In this document: piece by piece, positions 27,956 through 39,800 of the stretch
Layout of the letters: each line of letters opens with the position of its first letter
Position numbering within the stretch: the first letter of the stretch is position 1
Assembly (NCBI RefSeq): GCF_001194135.2
Contig: NC_068995.1
Location: forward strand, 657,083-721,082
Direction of reading: 5' to 3'
Origin: Octopus bimaculoides
Taxonomy: Eukaryota
DNA length: 64,000 nucleotides
The notes under the pieces: generated by a model
Databases searched by the model: none
What the model saw: only the letters and a program-made list of their open reading frames with translations
What the model was told of the DNA's origin: nothing
Made by a program: the position numbers and the translations under genes

Positions 27956-28977
27956 GTAAATGATACGATTGCTTCGTGTTATATTTGATAGAGCAGCAGA
28001 AGTTCATGGGTTCTGATAGTTTATCCATATGAAGTTTAGAGAGCTGGGTGGGAAGAGCTTGCAAGCAATTGAGTGTAAATCTGTTATATATACAGACGAT
28101 CAAAATCACACACGGACACAACACACCCACCACACCATTTATAGAAAAAGAGAGAAAATCAAATTGAAACAATGGCGCATTAATAATTTTTTTGTACACT
28201 ACACACATCAAGAACTGAGCCCAGCTGTACACTATAATTTTTTTTTTAAATGGAACATTTGTCAAAGTGCCCTCCCTTCTGCTTTTGGTGCACGGTGCAA
28301 TGATTTTTGTCTTTGGTTCTAAGCCCCAAAAGACATCTAAGAACCAAAAACGTTAATGGAATCACCAGTCAATCTATAGGTTTGGAAGCTGGCCGTTAAC
28401 CATTTCTCGAGGTCATCAACCCTTGAAGTATCGTTTTTACTCCAATCTTTTATTTTCTGAACAAAAAAAAAACACCGTGTACCCAAGCATGAATCGAAAA
28501 GTTTTGCAGAAACACACACACACACACACACACATGCACACGCACACGCACAGACACACACACATACACACACACACACACAGTATTTTGCTTCGGCTTA
28601 GTGATACTAATATACAGGTGTTAGAACTCAATACACACATACTTCAGAACAAAACATCAGTCGAGTACTGAACATCAATAAGAAATTAAAATGAAGTTTA
28701 TGACAATTTTTTACTACATTATCATTTTTATTTCTTATTAATTTCTTACACACACATATATATATGTATCGTTAGCATGGCGGACGAAATTATTAGCGGC
28801 CTTTCGATAAATTAATTACCAGTTGTACACTGGGGTCGATGTAGTCACCCGAACTTGCCGACCTTGTGCCAAAATTTTAAGCATAATTATTATTGTTGAT
28901 AATGATGTTGTTTTTGTTGTTGTTGTTGTTAATATTATTATCCTCATCCAACTCGATTTTCTTCTGTGATTTTCTAG

Positions 28978-29136
28978 GTATTGGAAGGAAGCGATCCCAG
29001 ATCTTCTTGGGTAACAGCAGTGAATATTCCTTGAGAGTAATGGAAGCTGATATGGTTAATCTCCATGGTAACATCAAGACACCAAAGGGTTCCGTTGAAA
29101 CTTGCTTCCTGAAGAAGCTTGTTGATGGCTCACTTG
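28978..29136 (+). CDS. FLN: Filamin exon, first part of Ig18 (phase 1-1)
   Basis: gattttctag|GT ATT GGA...CTT G|gtaatt. Encodes IGRKRSQIFLGNSSEYSLRVMEADMVNLHGNIKTPKGSVETCFLKKLVDGSL; the C(F/L)LK(K/R)L..G..G motif is typical of Ig18. Confidence 0.93.
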
Positions 29137-30059
29137 GTAATTAACTTGTTAATTAATGAATTCATTCCAGCAAATCAACGTATCGTAACGGTGTATGTTT
29201 AATGTTAACCCGATACCATAACGTTCAGAGATTCGAAAATATCCCTGAAGATGTAGAGATACATATACGGAGGTACACACACACATACACACACACATAC
29301 ATACATACATACATAAGTAAATAAACACACACCTTCTCTAATTAAGTTACAGAAAAGCTAATTACGTTCATTCAAATAAATCCCGTTTGAAACATTTGCA
29401 TGTTATGCAAATTAGACCAATTTAGTCCGTTTTCTGTGCTTAAAAGATTCCTCATTCGCTACACTTGTGTCTATGGACAGAAGTGACTAACAGATCATCG
29501 ATGAAGCATTAATGATTGTTGAAATTACTCAGATCGATTACTTTCCCTGAGCATCGATTGATTAAAACTGTGGCTTCAGTTATATGTCTACATGTATATA
29601 TGTTTGTTTACTGAACTGCATGTTTACCTTTTTTACTTACAGCTGTGTGTGTGTGTGTGTGTGTGGCTTTCAGTGATAATTCCAAATTTCGTTCTTACAC
29701 TCTGAAACTGTTTGAACAGTTACAATACAGACATTATCATTTTTGTAACCATTATATAGATATAATTAAATTAAATGATTAATGGTTGTCTCATCTCATT
29801 CAAATTAATAAATGATCTACTTTTGATGTATGATTTATACAGTGATTATGCGGATGACGATGGTGATTGCCTTACGCTCTTGAAACAGCTGTAGGGTGTA
29901 TGAATGAAATTTTGAAATATGAGTGAGATCTTTACTGTTTAGTCTTTTAAATATGACCAATTTATCTCCATACAAACTCTTCCCTTTCATGGATAGTGTA
30001 CGGAAGTAATAATATTATATTGAAGTTTAATGAAAGTTTAAAAAGAGACATCTTAAATT

Positions 30060-30385
30060 CAAGCCTTGTGAGTGGATTTGGTAGATGGAAACTGAAAGAA
30101 ACCCGTCGTACATATGTATATCTATATATATATGTGTGTTTGTGTTTGTNNNNNNNNNNNNNNNNNNNNNNNNNNNNNNNNNNNNNNNNNCCCCGCCCAA
30201 CATCGCTTGACAACCAATGCTAGTGTGTTTACGTCCCCGTAACTTAACGGTTTGGCAAAAGAGACCGATAGAATAAGTACTAGGCTTACAAAGAATAAGT
30301 CCTGGGTTCGATTTGCTCGACTAAAGGCGGTGCTTCAGCATGGCCACAGTCAAATGACTGAAACAAGTAAAAGAGTAAAAGAGAT
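30060..30385 (+). mobile_element. 5'-truncated family A SINE
   Basis: gccttgtgagtggatttggtag...aagaataagtcctggg...gaaacaagtaaaagagtaaaaga matches the 57979-58367 copy in the opposite orientation. Confidence 0.85.
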
Positions 30386-31609
30386 ATAAAATAATTTGAG
30401 ATATTTTTATATCCGACGAGTTGTTTTTAGTATACATATGTATATGTGTGTGAGCGTGTGTGTATGTATGTATATATGTATATATGTATATATGTATATA
30501 TGTATGTATATATGTATGTATACATGCGCACACTCACACTTGCAAGTAAACGCGTGTGTATGTGTGCATACATGAGTATATGTTGTAATCGCATATATGT
30601 CTACGCATTATATATCTGTATGTATGTTTACATGATAAACGTCTCGACATTTCCTTCTGTCCTTACAAAATGTTTTACCAAAATAGGATTGACGACAAAA
30701 AAAAAATGCAGACGATACCTCATAACTTAATGTTGCTGTTATTGTTGTTGTTGATGATGATAGTAGTGGTGATGGTACTTGGCGGTGTTTCTTCTACCTC
30801 GCTTTTCCCATCCTCCTCCTCACCGCAACGCTGCTACAGGCGGCTTCACGCCAAACATTCGGATTGAAGTATGCTATACACCTGCATGAGATATCTCTGT
30901 TCGCTCTCCCTCTCTCTCTCTCTCTCTCTCACTCTTTCAATCACTCTCTCTTTTTCTCTCAATCACTCACTCACACATACGCACACTTTCTCACGTTTAC
31001 ATTCTCCCGCTCTCTCTCTCTTTCCTCTCGCTCACTTTCCATCTTTCTTTCTATACAAATATATATACACTTACACACACACACATAAACTCAAGCTTAT
31101 ACATATAAATATATATACATACATACATTTCAATATTTCGCTCTTAAACATATCAATATCGAAGTTTAATCTTTTTATCTATACGGATATATATGTGTAT
31201 ATATATAATGTGTGTGCATGTATGCTTGTATCTATGTATAATTATGTACATATATATATGAGTGTATGAAAATTTATACACAGAGAGAAGGCTCTTGACA
31301 GGACTTCTTACATGCTAAATAGAGCAGTTAAACCCAAAACACGACAAAAAGGAATTCTCAAAACACGCTGCTATTAGGCACTAGAGTGAATTAAAAAAAT
31401 AGGTAATCCTATACTCGAGTTTCGCTATTAATAACTAAATAAATTAATTTTCTACCTGTAACTCGTCAGTAGGATCGCCAAGGAATGCATAATTATGTAG
31501 CTGTAATACGTACCGAAAACACATGGCAAATACAAGCGCAAGACAGCTCTGTGTATAAATTTTTATAGACTCTTAGCATTCATATGAGAATTTGCATTGA
31601 AATGTCCGA

Positions 31610-31820
31610 CTAATTTTTGAAAAAGCGATGTAGATTAAAAATTATCAATTTCCTTTTTCTTGAAATTCCAAGTGCGTGGGTGACCGCATGGTAATAAGCC
31701 CCACATACGTTTCAAGTTTCATCAAGATCGGTTGGCTAGTCTCGGATGAGTAAAAGTAGAAAATTCACAAACACAGACAGTCACAAACAGAGAGAAATTG
31801 CCATTTATGTGTATAGATGT
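31610..31820 (+). mobile_element. Possible 3' end of a Helitron/Helentron-derived non-autonomous element
   Basis: aagtttcatcaagatcggttggctagtctcgga...acacagacagtcacaaacag...atttatgtgtatagat resembles, from recall, the DINE-1/HINE/Lep1-type terminus. Confidence 0.4.
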
Positions 31821-32058
31821 GGTTAAAATACATAACTGTTTTAATTAAAATGTGCCGTGTTACCATATCGGAATATATGGCATCAAATTATATATTTTAA
31901 TTATATAATTATACAAATAACAATGTTTTGTGTCATTGAAACAGCTGTAGAGATTAATATATGAAGTCTGTTTTTCTGCCAGTATACATTTATGAATGCG
32001 TTTACTTATTAAATTGTTATTAATTCTTTCTTTACTCTGTTTCTGTCTTTGTTATCAG

Positions 32059-32262
32059 GTATCTCTGCGTTCACTCCAAAAGAATCAGGCCAATATGTTG
32101 TGAACGTTATGAGTGGAGAGAAACACATCAATAACAGTCCTTTCAACATTAAAATCAGCAACGATGAGGTTGGACAACCAGGAAAAGTGAAGATCAGTGG
32201 CGCCACTGAGAAAGCTATTGCCAACAGTAAAAACATCTTGACCATTGATACCAAAGATGCCG
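32059..32262 (+). CDS. FLN: Filamin exon, end of Ig18 and start of Ig19 (phase 1-1)
   Basis: gttatcag|GT ATC TCT...GCC G|gtaagt. Encodes ISAFTPKESGQYVVNVMSGEKHINNSPFNIKISNDEVGQPGKVKISGATEKAIANSKNILTIDTKDA. Confidence 0.95.
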
Positions 32263-33189
32263 GTAAGTTCCACGCCATCAACTCACTGAAATACGCTGAT
32301 TTTATTTCAGGAAATTTCGAAGATAATTTTCTCATTATTCATGCTTATTATGAAATTTTTAGGAAGGTTTCGAATAAGTCAACTTTCTTACTAATAAATC
32401 GTTATCTGCGTCGTCTGCAGTGAAATCTAGAAGAATATTTGCATATTTATTCTTAACATGTCTAGACTGGTTCAGACGCAAAATATGTTGAGTACTGTTG
32501 TGTATGTCTTAAGAGAATAACTTCTCTCTATTACAAAAACAGTGTGTTCAATGCACTCATTTTATTGGCGCACAGCATTCTGGGATACCGATGTTTCGAT
32601 GCTGATCAGCAAGAAGTCACCAGAACTCTGAGCCAAACCAACGTCCCTGGTTTTGTTTATACAATCAACGAACGAATTGTTTTCTGATCTGCCTAGTTAT
32701 TATTAAGATGTTGTTTGGAACAATAAGGTTGTCATTTTTAACTTGGTGTTAGCGGGAAATTTTTTAATGAAAGATTTTAATTTAGCTCACTTTAAAGCAT
32801 AAAGTTAGTATCATAGAACCAGGGTGGGATCAGGCGGGTTAGTATCGAAAGAATTAAATTGTTTTCTTTGGGACAGAATGCTAATAGTTTTAATCGTCAA
32901 TTTATTTAAAAGCCAGACGACATAAAATGTAAATTTACAAAACGTGTGTAAATTTGCATAATCACAATCAATAAAATGTTTAACTTTTGCTTGAAACATT
33001 AATACCTAGTTTTGACTTTCAATTTTCTGGAGTTGACGAAATACTGCCAAGATCAAGTATCGATATGAACGACCAGTCTTCTCCCTTCAAATTATTGACC
33101 TTGTGCATGAATTTACAGATTAAATAATGTCGAACTAAATGCGAGTTAATTTGATCCGATGATTCGAACCTATTTTCCTTCCTTTTCAG

Positions 33190-33342
33190 GTTATGGTGGT
33201 CTGTCTGTTGCAATTGACGGTCCTCATAGGTCTGAGATTTTGTGCACAGAACGTAAAGATAATGTCTACACTATTGACTACAGTCCTCATGAACCTGGAA
33301 TCTACATCATCAACGTCAGGTATTCCGATGAGAACATCGCAG
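33190..33342 (+). CDS. FLN: Filamin exon, Ig19 (phase 1-1)
   Basis: ccttttcag|GT TAT GGT...GCA G|gtaagt. Encodes YGGLSVAIDGPHRSEILCTERKDNVYTIDYSPHEPGIYIINVRYSDENIA. Confidence 0.96.
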
Positions 33343-33867
33343 GTAAGTTTCGAAGATCTCTTGTCATCCATTGTGTGCAACAGAAGCAGTATTAACAGTT
33401 TATGTATCATACTAAACGCAAATACATCACAAAAACAAACTAAGTTCACTGGGATATTTGTCCGGAGGTAATATTTCTTATTGATGTACTGTGTTAAAAA
33501 CACAGACACATATCAGTAGCAGACAAAAATTATGCGGCAAGAACGATTAGAATGCTGGATGTATTTGTAAGTATGTAGGCACACACACACAAACACACAC
33601 ACATATGTGTCTGTGGGTGGGTGCGTGTGAGTGCATATAAGCATATATGGCTGCATATGTATGCATCTATAGATAGATAATCATACATACATGAAAGTTT
33701 GTGTGGGTAAAAACTGATTTTATCACGAACTCATAAAATTCTCAAATACAAAAAGTAACGTGTTCAAATACTAATTTAGTAAAATTAACACCAAATACTA
33801 ATTATCCGTTTTATTAGAAAAAATAGTCTTGAAAATATTTATTTATTCATCTTTTTTTCATTTGCAG

Positions 33868-33996
33868 GCAGCCCTTTCTTGGTCGACGTCCGGGGTGAAC
33901 CTTCCGGTCGTTTGAGGGAAACTATTGAGAAAGAGATTGTCTTCCCAGAACTTGTAAACGTTGGAGACAATGTGGAATTTGTTGTTAGGTACCCAG
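33868..33996 (+). CDS. FLN: Filamin exon, end of Ig19 and start of Ig20 (phase 1-1)
   Basis: ttcatttgcag|GC AGC CCT...CCA G|gtatgg. Encodes SPFLVDVRGEPSGRLRETIEKEIVFPELVNVGDNVEFVVRYP. Confidence 0.93.
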
Positions 33997-34467
33997 GTAT
34001 GGAATCTTTCTCTTTAAATGCCAATTTTGAAGAAAAAGAAAGACAAAAATACATGTCTGCACAAACGTCTTCCTTTTCGCAATTTTTTAATTTTATATTT
34101 TACTTCGGCAAATTTGGTTCTACGTTATTGTAAGACAATATTGGACTGTAATATTATGCAATAATTACAGAAGTCTCAGCATCTGCTACTTCGACCGTGG
34201 TTTGGTTTGCCTCCGATGATGATTCACCGTTAAAGGGGAGAGAATCTCTTCTCGATAAACGAAGTTGAAGAACCTGCATATTCAATTTTTATTTTTAAAA
34301 AGTTTTCTCTTTATTCTTCACATACATATATATTTGTATGAATACATACATATGTATATATAAACATATATATACATATATATTACTTCATATGTAAACA
34401 AACATAAATTTGTTTTTGAAGCGTTGAAATGTATTGTAGAACAAGGAGAAAGATATATTTTCAACAC

Positions 34468-34574
34468 GTAAATACTGACCAGTACATATAAAGGATAAAA
34501 TCTTTTTAAGAGCAGAAAAATTTTGTCTGCCCTTAAAAGGATTTTATCCTTTATTTGTCCTAGTCAGTATTTAC
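34468..34574. repeat. Imperfect 107-bp palindrome (hairpin/MITE-like) in the intron between the two Ig20 exons
   Basis: Left arm gtaaatactgaccagtacatataaaggataaaatctttttaagagcagaaaa; reverse complement of right arm gtaaatactgactaggacaaataaaggataaaatccttttaagggcagacaaaa. Confidence 0.85.
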
Positions 34575-34675
34575 ATATAACGACACAGCCCGTGTGTCAT
34601 ATAGCCAGCTGGAGCCGATGTCTCCTGGGGCTAAACAACAGTCGCATTCGCCCCAAAATTGGACTGCCACTACCT

Positions 34676-34791
<116 letters not shown>

Positions 34792-35022
34792 GAGAGACAG
34801 AGACAGAGACAGACAGACAGACAGACAGACTAGACAGAGAGGGGGGGTCTGTATGTATAGACACACCCGTTTGTTACTTCTGCTATCGGTGATTTTGTGA
34901 CTCGTTGGAAGAATAGAAAATATATCACTCTCCATAATTATACAATATTATCATTATACTTTATAACATCCCACTACATTCTTCCTAAATTAAATTCTTT
35001 CATTCAAATTTAATCACCTTAG

Positions 35023-35187
35023 GTACAAACCCCTTCGATATGGAAGCTGCTCTTACTGACCCAGAAGGTTCCTGTGAACTGTGCGAAGTTGTTGATGAAG
35101 ATGACTACCGTTACAACGTTCGATTCCAACCAAAAATGAAAGGCACCCACATTCTCAGTATTAAGCAGAAGGGTCTTCATTTATCAG
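35023..35187 (+). CDS. FLN: Filamin exon, Ig20 (phase 1-1); absent from the ORF track
   Basis: aatcaccttag|GT ACA AAC...TCA G|gtaact. Encodes TNPFDMEAALTDPEGSCELCEVVDEDDYRYNVRFQPKMKGTHILSIKQKGLHLS and bridges the flanking exons in frame. Confidence 0.93.
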
Positions 35188-35909
35188 GTAACTCGCATCT
35201 TTTTCAACATTTCTATTAAAGCAGCGATTTTTCCCCAAATTGTATAATATGCTAAATGTTATAATATTTCTTGTATATGGAAATCCTCATATTTATCTTA
35301 ACTAAGATGATATTTGTGTTCTTTAATTTTCTCTCTGCAAAGTTACCTTAATGTGTCTGGGTTTTTTCCTAATCCGAATCTCTAGTAACACCGAGTTCTA
35401 TTTGTAGCAGTATCTCTCTAATTGTACAACTTAAGGTCATCCATTTGCAAAATCTGTTTGATGATTCTTCTCCCTTATCACTTGCATCCGATTCCAGTAT
35501 GGTTTAACATGTTTGCTAAATGTTTTCCCAAAACGGAACAGAGAGACAGAAAGTTCTCTTGGAATATTTCTCTTCTAATGGTGAGTAAACTAAGTTAGTG
35601 GGGCTATTTATTCAGCGAGATCGCACAGTGAAAAATTAATTTATCCAGTGCTATGACCATTTTCGATGTGAATGAAATAAACCAAAAGAATGAACCTTAA
35701 ATATTTTTTTTTATATTACGTCGACACAACTAATCTACATAATGAATTACCTTTTGATAACTGAACAACCGGTAACTTAGGAGTGACGTCACAGGTTTAA
35801 ATACACCATAGAAAGACAACAGGGAATATTTACCTAAGAGCAACTTATCTTTATTTTGCAAATCACGTGACTGTTTATTCAATTTTCTATTTCATTTCTC
35901 TTTTTTCAG

Positions 35910-36011
35910 GTAGCCCCTTCGTCTACAGTGTTGGCAGTCAGAGCTCTGGTGGTTTCCACAAAGTACAGGCTGGAGGTCCTGGCCTTGAGAAGGGTGAAGT
36001 CAACACTGAAA
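35910..36011 (+). CDS. FLN: Filamin exon, end of Ig20 and start of Ig21 (phase 1-1)
   Basis: tcttttttcag|GT AGC CCC...GAA A|gtaagc. Encodes SPFVYSVGSQSSGGFHKVQAGGPGLEKGEVNTE; FLNA has [27 protein letters not shown]. Confidence 0.96.
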
Positions 36012-36484
36012 GTAAGCAAACGATTTCTCATTTATTTATATTTCCATTCCCATTGTTGTTGTTTATGTTCTTGTTGTCTGCTTCAATTGAAAGGTCAAAC
36101 ATATCACCAAACGCGTTTCGTTATAATTTCAGACAAAATTAGTCGAAGACTGTATAATTCAGTTTGTCCTTAACATTGAAGATAGTATGGTGGGATTCGT
36201 GATTTGTAGGACATATAGTTCCTAGTTTCAGCTCGTATTAAGAAGAAATTATTTGATTACCATTTGAGCGAAATTTGGGTATCATTCTCAGAAAAATCTA
36301 GCTTCTGTATAGAAGCTGCATTATATAATAATCCTGGAGTACAAAACATTACATTAATGGCTTCCAATAATGTTATGACATTTTAAACGTTAATAACGTG
36401 TTAGCGCCATTTCATTTTCTTCTAATTGCCACTGTTCACCATTTTCTAAATACTCATTGCTCTAATTATCTTTCTATTCCTTAG

Positions 36485-36622
36485 ATGTCTTCAATATCTA
36501 CACCAAAGAAGCAGGCCCATCTGCAATGGCTGTTTCAGTTGAAGGACCTTCCAAGGCTAGAATTAGTTTTGAAGAAAGGACACAGGGTCTTTTCATCTGC
36601 TCTTACAAAGTTACCAAACCTG
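36485..36622 (+). CDS. FLN: Filamin exon, Ig21 (phase 1-1)
   Basis: ctattccttag|AT GTC TTC...CCT G|gtaaga. Encodes VFNIYTKEAGPSAMAVSVEGPSKARISFEERTQGLFICSYKVTKP, which is a different frame from the one shown in the ORF track. Confidence 0.95.
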
Positions 36623-37001
36623 GTAAGAGACATTACTCTATTTTTCCTTTTCCTCTTGTTTTTTTTCTTTGAATACACAATATATGCACACACGCGCAAA
36701 CTGATTTCTTCCTAAGTGTTAACAGACTTCTATCGAAATAACTGCATATCTTTTTTAAGTATTTACAGATATTAATATATTCCTTTTGAAATTTTTACAA
36801 GGCGTTGCTCTAGCATGGTCGCACTCAAATGACTGAAACAAATAAAAGAGTTAAAGAATATATCTATAAATTTTAACTGATTAATTTCAAAATGTTTGTT
36901 AGTTTTTTTTGGGTTTTTTTTCCTGTATAAACGTTATCTGATTCCTTCCGAAATATTTACAAATTTTCTCTACAAGTATTTGTCTTTTCCTTGTGTCACA
37001 G

Positions 37002-37132
37002 GCATCTACGGTGTCCACATCAAATTCGGTGACGAACACATCCCCCAGTCACCATTTAAAGTTAACATCACTCCTGACAGCGTTGAAGCTAAGATGGTTG
37101 AAGTTCATGCCTTCAAAGATAGAGGACTCCAG
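37002..37132 (+). CDS. FLN: Filamin exon, end of Ig21 and start of Ig22 (phase 1 to 0)
   Basis: ttgtgtcacag|GC ATC TAC...CTC CAG|gtagga. Encodes IYGVHIKFGDEHIPQSPFKVNITPDSVEAKMVEVHAFKDRGLQ. Confidence 0.95.
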
Positions 37133-37303
37133 GTAGGAAGAATCCATCAATCCTCTCCTGAATATCTTTCCATACAGAATGAAGATGTCTCAGAATGGTT
37201 TGGAATTGTGTTGTATACATTTTGTTCATGATGTATTATTTTAAATGGTTGCGATGGTACAAAATAAGGGCTGTTTAGTTTTCAGAGTTATAATTGTTAA
37301 GAA

Positions 37304-37655
37304 CAGTGGTTCTCATCCAACTATTACTTATGGACCCCTTTCGTTTCCATTTCATTCTGATGGACCACAAGAGCTATTTGACGTTTTAAACTAGTTTTGT
37401 AAATACTTCTTTTAAAATTCTTACTTTAATTTTTGCCCATTCACTCGTGTAGGTTTCCAATGATATTTTTTCGGATAACTTTTAGCGGCCAAAAATATGT
37501 TAAACCATGTAAAATATTAGTGAAAGAAACCTGCAATTATTTTTCATGAACCCATAAAATACTATTGAAGATCCCCAATCTACTGTTTTGCCTTTGTGGA
37601 CCCCTAAAAGATTTATATGGACTTCCAGGGGTCATATGGACGTTGAGAACCAGGG
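37304..37655. mobile_element. Possible hAT/Charlie-type non-autonomous element
   Basis: Ends cagtggttctca ... ttgagaaccaggg resemble Charlie/MER5 termini CAGTGGTTCTCAA. The 8-bp flanks gttaagaa and ctgtagaa match only partly. Confidence 0.45.
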
Positions 37656-38174
37656 CTGTAGAATATGTTTCGTGTGTGTAGAATATGATTTTAAAGGAGT
37701 TGGGATTATGTACAGAATATATTGTGCATGTTGAATAATGTGAAAAGGTTTGATAATGTAGAAAACATTTTGTGTTCAATTATTTCAATGGATTGTGATT
37801 ACGTATAGTATATTTGTTTATTGTTGCTGAGAGTATGTTTTGTAAGTTATTTTAATGGTTTGATGGTGTAGACAAGGTTTTCTGCATACAATGTTACTTT
37901 AATGGGTTGTGGTAGCATGGGTTATTTATTTTAATGGGTTGTCAATGCGTAGATTATGTATTGTTATCTTAATGGGTTGTTTTTGCGTAGAATATATTTC
38001 GTATATTATTTTAATGAGTGATGACTGAGCAGACTATATTTTATGTGAATTATGGACTAATTGTTATTTGTGTTGTACTTCTAAATTGAAAATTCCTCTG
38101 AACGAAGTAAAGAATTCAGAACCCTAAGTACTTGTTCATAATTTTGTTGCCTGATTATTATTATTATCATTATC

Positions 38175-38205
<31 letters not shown>

Positions 38206-38229
38206 CTTTTTTCTTTTTCTTCTTCCAAG

Positions 38230-38518
38230 GTGGACAAACCATCTACTTTCAGCGTGAACTTGAACGGTGCCACTGGTGACTTAAACTGCACACTGCACAC
38301 ACCATGTGGAGGTACCGAGGACTGCTTTATGGAAGAGGTTGACAGAGGAGTATATGCTATTCGTGTCATTCCTAGAGAAAATGGTATCTACTATGTGGCC
38401 ATCAGACTAAACGAAGCTCATATTCCTGACAGTCCTTTTGCTATGATGGTTGGTTCGGTTGCTGCTGACCCAGCCATGCTGCACGCTTCTGGCGATGGCT
38501 TGGATTTTGGCAAAACAG
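38230..38518 (+). CDS. FLN: Filamin exon, Ig22 and start of Ig23 (phase 0 to 1)
   Basis: tttttcttccaag|GTG GAC AAA...ACA G|gtattt. Encodes VDKPSTFSVNLNGATGDLNCTLHTPCGGTEDCFMEEVDRGVYAIRVIPRENGIYYVAIRLNEAHIPDSPFAMMVGSVAADPAMLHASGDGLDFGKT. Confidence 0.96.
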
Positions 38519-39324
38519 GTATTTAAACTTCGAGTGATTGTATTTTCGGTTAAATTCCCACAATGGATTCTCCCGCTAAAGAGGATGTATGAGTGTTCAG
38601 ATTTTGTCGAACGACCTGCACAGATGATTTTTCATAGTGATCAAACGGATGCGTTCTCCATCCAATCAACGTTGTCTGAACAGGTGCACACAGGTGTACC
38701 ACGTGTCAGGTGTCCAAGTGATCGCTAAGCAACGTGAAACGAAACGTTTTCTCTAAGTAAAATAGCAACGGCATCAGCAATATTTGATTGGTGTTACAAA
38801 ACTGATAACTTCACTGACGAGTTCATAGTTGCGATATCTATCGGTAGGACAACAGCCAGAGTCAGTAGCCTCAGATGAAACGAATTATGCCGGGTTCGGT
38901 TCACATCAACCGATGATTCGATAAATACCAAACGCACAAAATATTTTATAGTTGTTTAGATTGCTAGTTGTTTTTTGCCAGCACGACAAAGACCACCGCG
39001 TATGTTGAATGATCTGTTTTTCCAATGTTGTTTCGGGGATTTTAAGCATATATGAGTGGTGCCATTAAGTTGGGAGATCAAAGGCTTCATTGAAGCTGTT
39101 CCAGCTTGGATTGTTGTAGATTCTGCGGGGAGACTAGAAAGAAAATATGTGTGTCGAATTCGAAATCCACTACTCCAAACATTAATTATGTATTTTGACA
39201 TGTACATGTGCTTTGAGGTGTGTATAAATATACAATATTTATATACATACACGCAGGCGCACGAACACACACACACACAACACACCTACATACGCAAAGA
39301 TATAAAGATACACACACACACACA

Positions 39325-39361
<37 letters not shown>

Positions 39362-39584
39362 GTAGTAACCAATTCACAAACTGCCAAGAGACAATTTAAA
39401 TAAAAGAGCCTTGACTCTTCTTTTGTGAACGGCTTCAGTTATGCAAAACAAAAAATAAAACAAATCCTCAGAACCCACAACCACGGAAAACCCACGAATC
39501 TACATCCATGCTGCATACACAAACACTTCGATTTATTAATATATATGATACTTAGCATTTTATCCTTTTCTCTAATGTGTATAG

Positions 39585-39800
39585 GTGTCAAGAACAAGTT
39601 CCTCGTGCGCACAGCTGGTTCCGGTTCCGGTTTATTAGCCATTATTGTTGAGGGTCCTTCCAAGGTTGCTCTCAGCTGTAAAGAAGTCGATGATGGCTAT
39701 GAATTCAACCACTGCACGCCCGTTGCCGGAAAATACATGATCAACGTGAAATACGGTGGTGTACCCATTGCCGGAAGTCCCTTCTTATGCGAAATTACTG
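39585..39800 (+). CDS. FLN: Filamin exon, Ig23 (phase 1-1); last recognisable filamin exon in the window
   Basis: tctaatgtgtatag|GT GTC AAG...ACT G|gtgagt. Encodes VKNKFLVRTAGSGSGLLAIIVEGPSKVALSCKEVDDGYEFNHCTPVAGKYMINVKYGGVPIAGSPFLCEIT. Confidence 0.96.

Noticed and set aside
21550-29270. Other CTGAAGA starts (about 21552 and 29250) as possible hammerheads
   Set aside because: No paired helix II followed by GAAA and an NUH site.
29878-31952. tgaaacagctgtag occurring at about 29881 and about 31938
   Set aside because: The match is only 14 bp and the flanks do not align.
37130-37132. Exon-terminal CAG (Gln) in Ig22, reminiscent of the vertebrate FLNA Q/R editing site
   Set aside because: By alignment the vertebrate Gln (…TVSSLQ) corresponds to Lys in …EVHAFK, five codons upstream, so it is not the homologous codon. 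No editing evidence is available from DNA.
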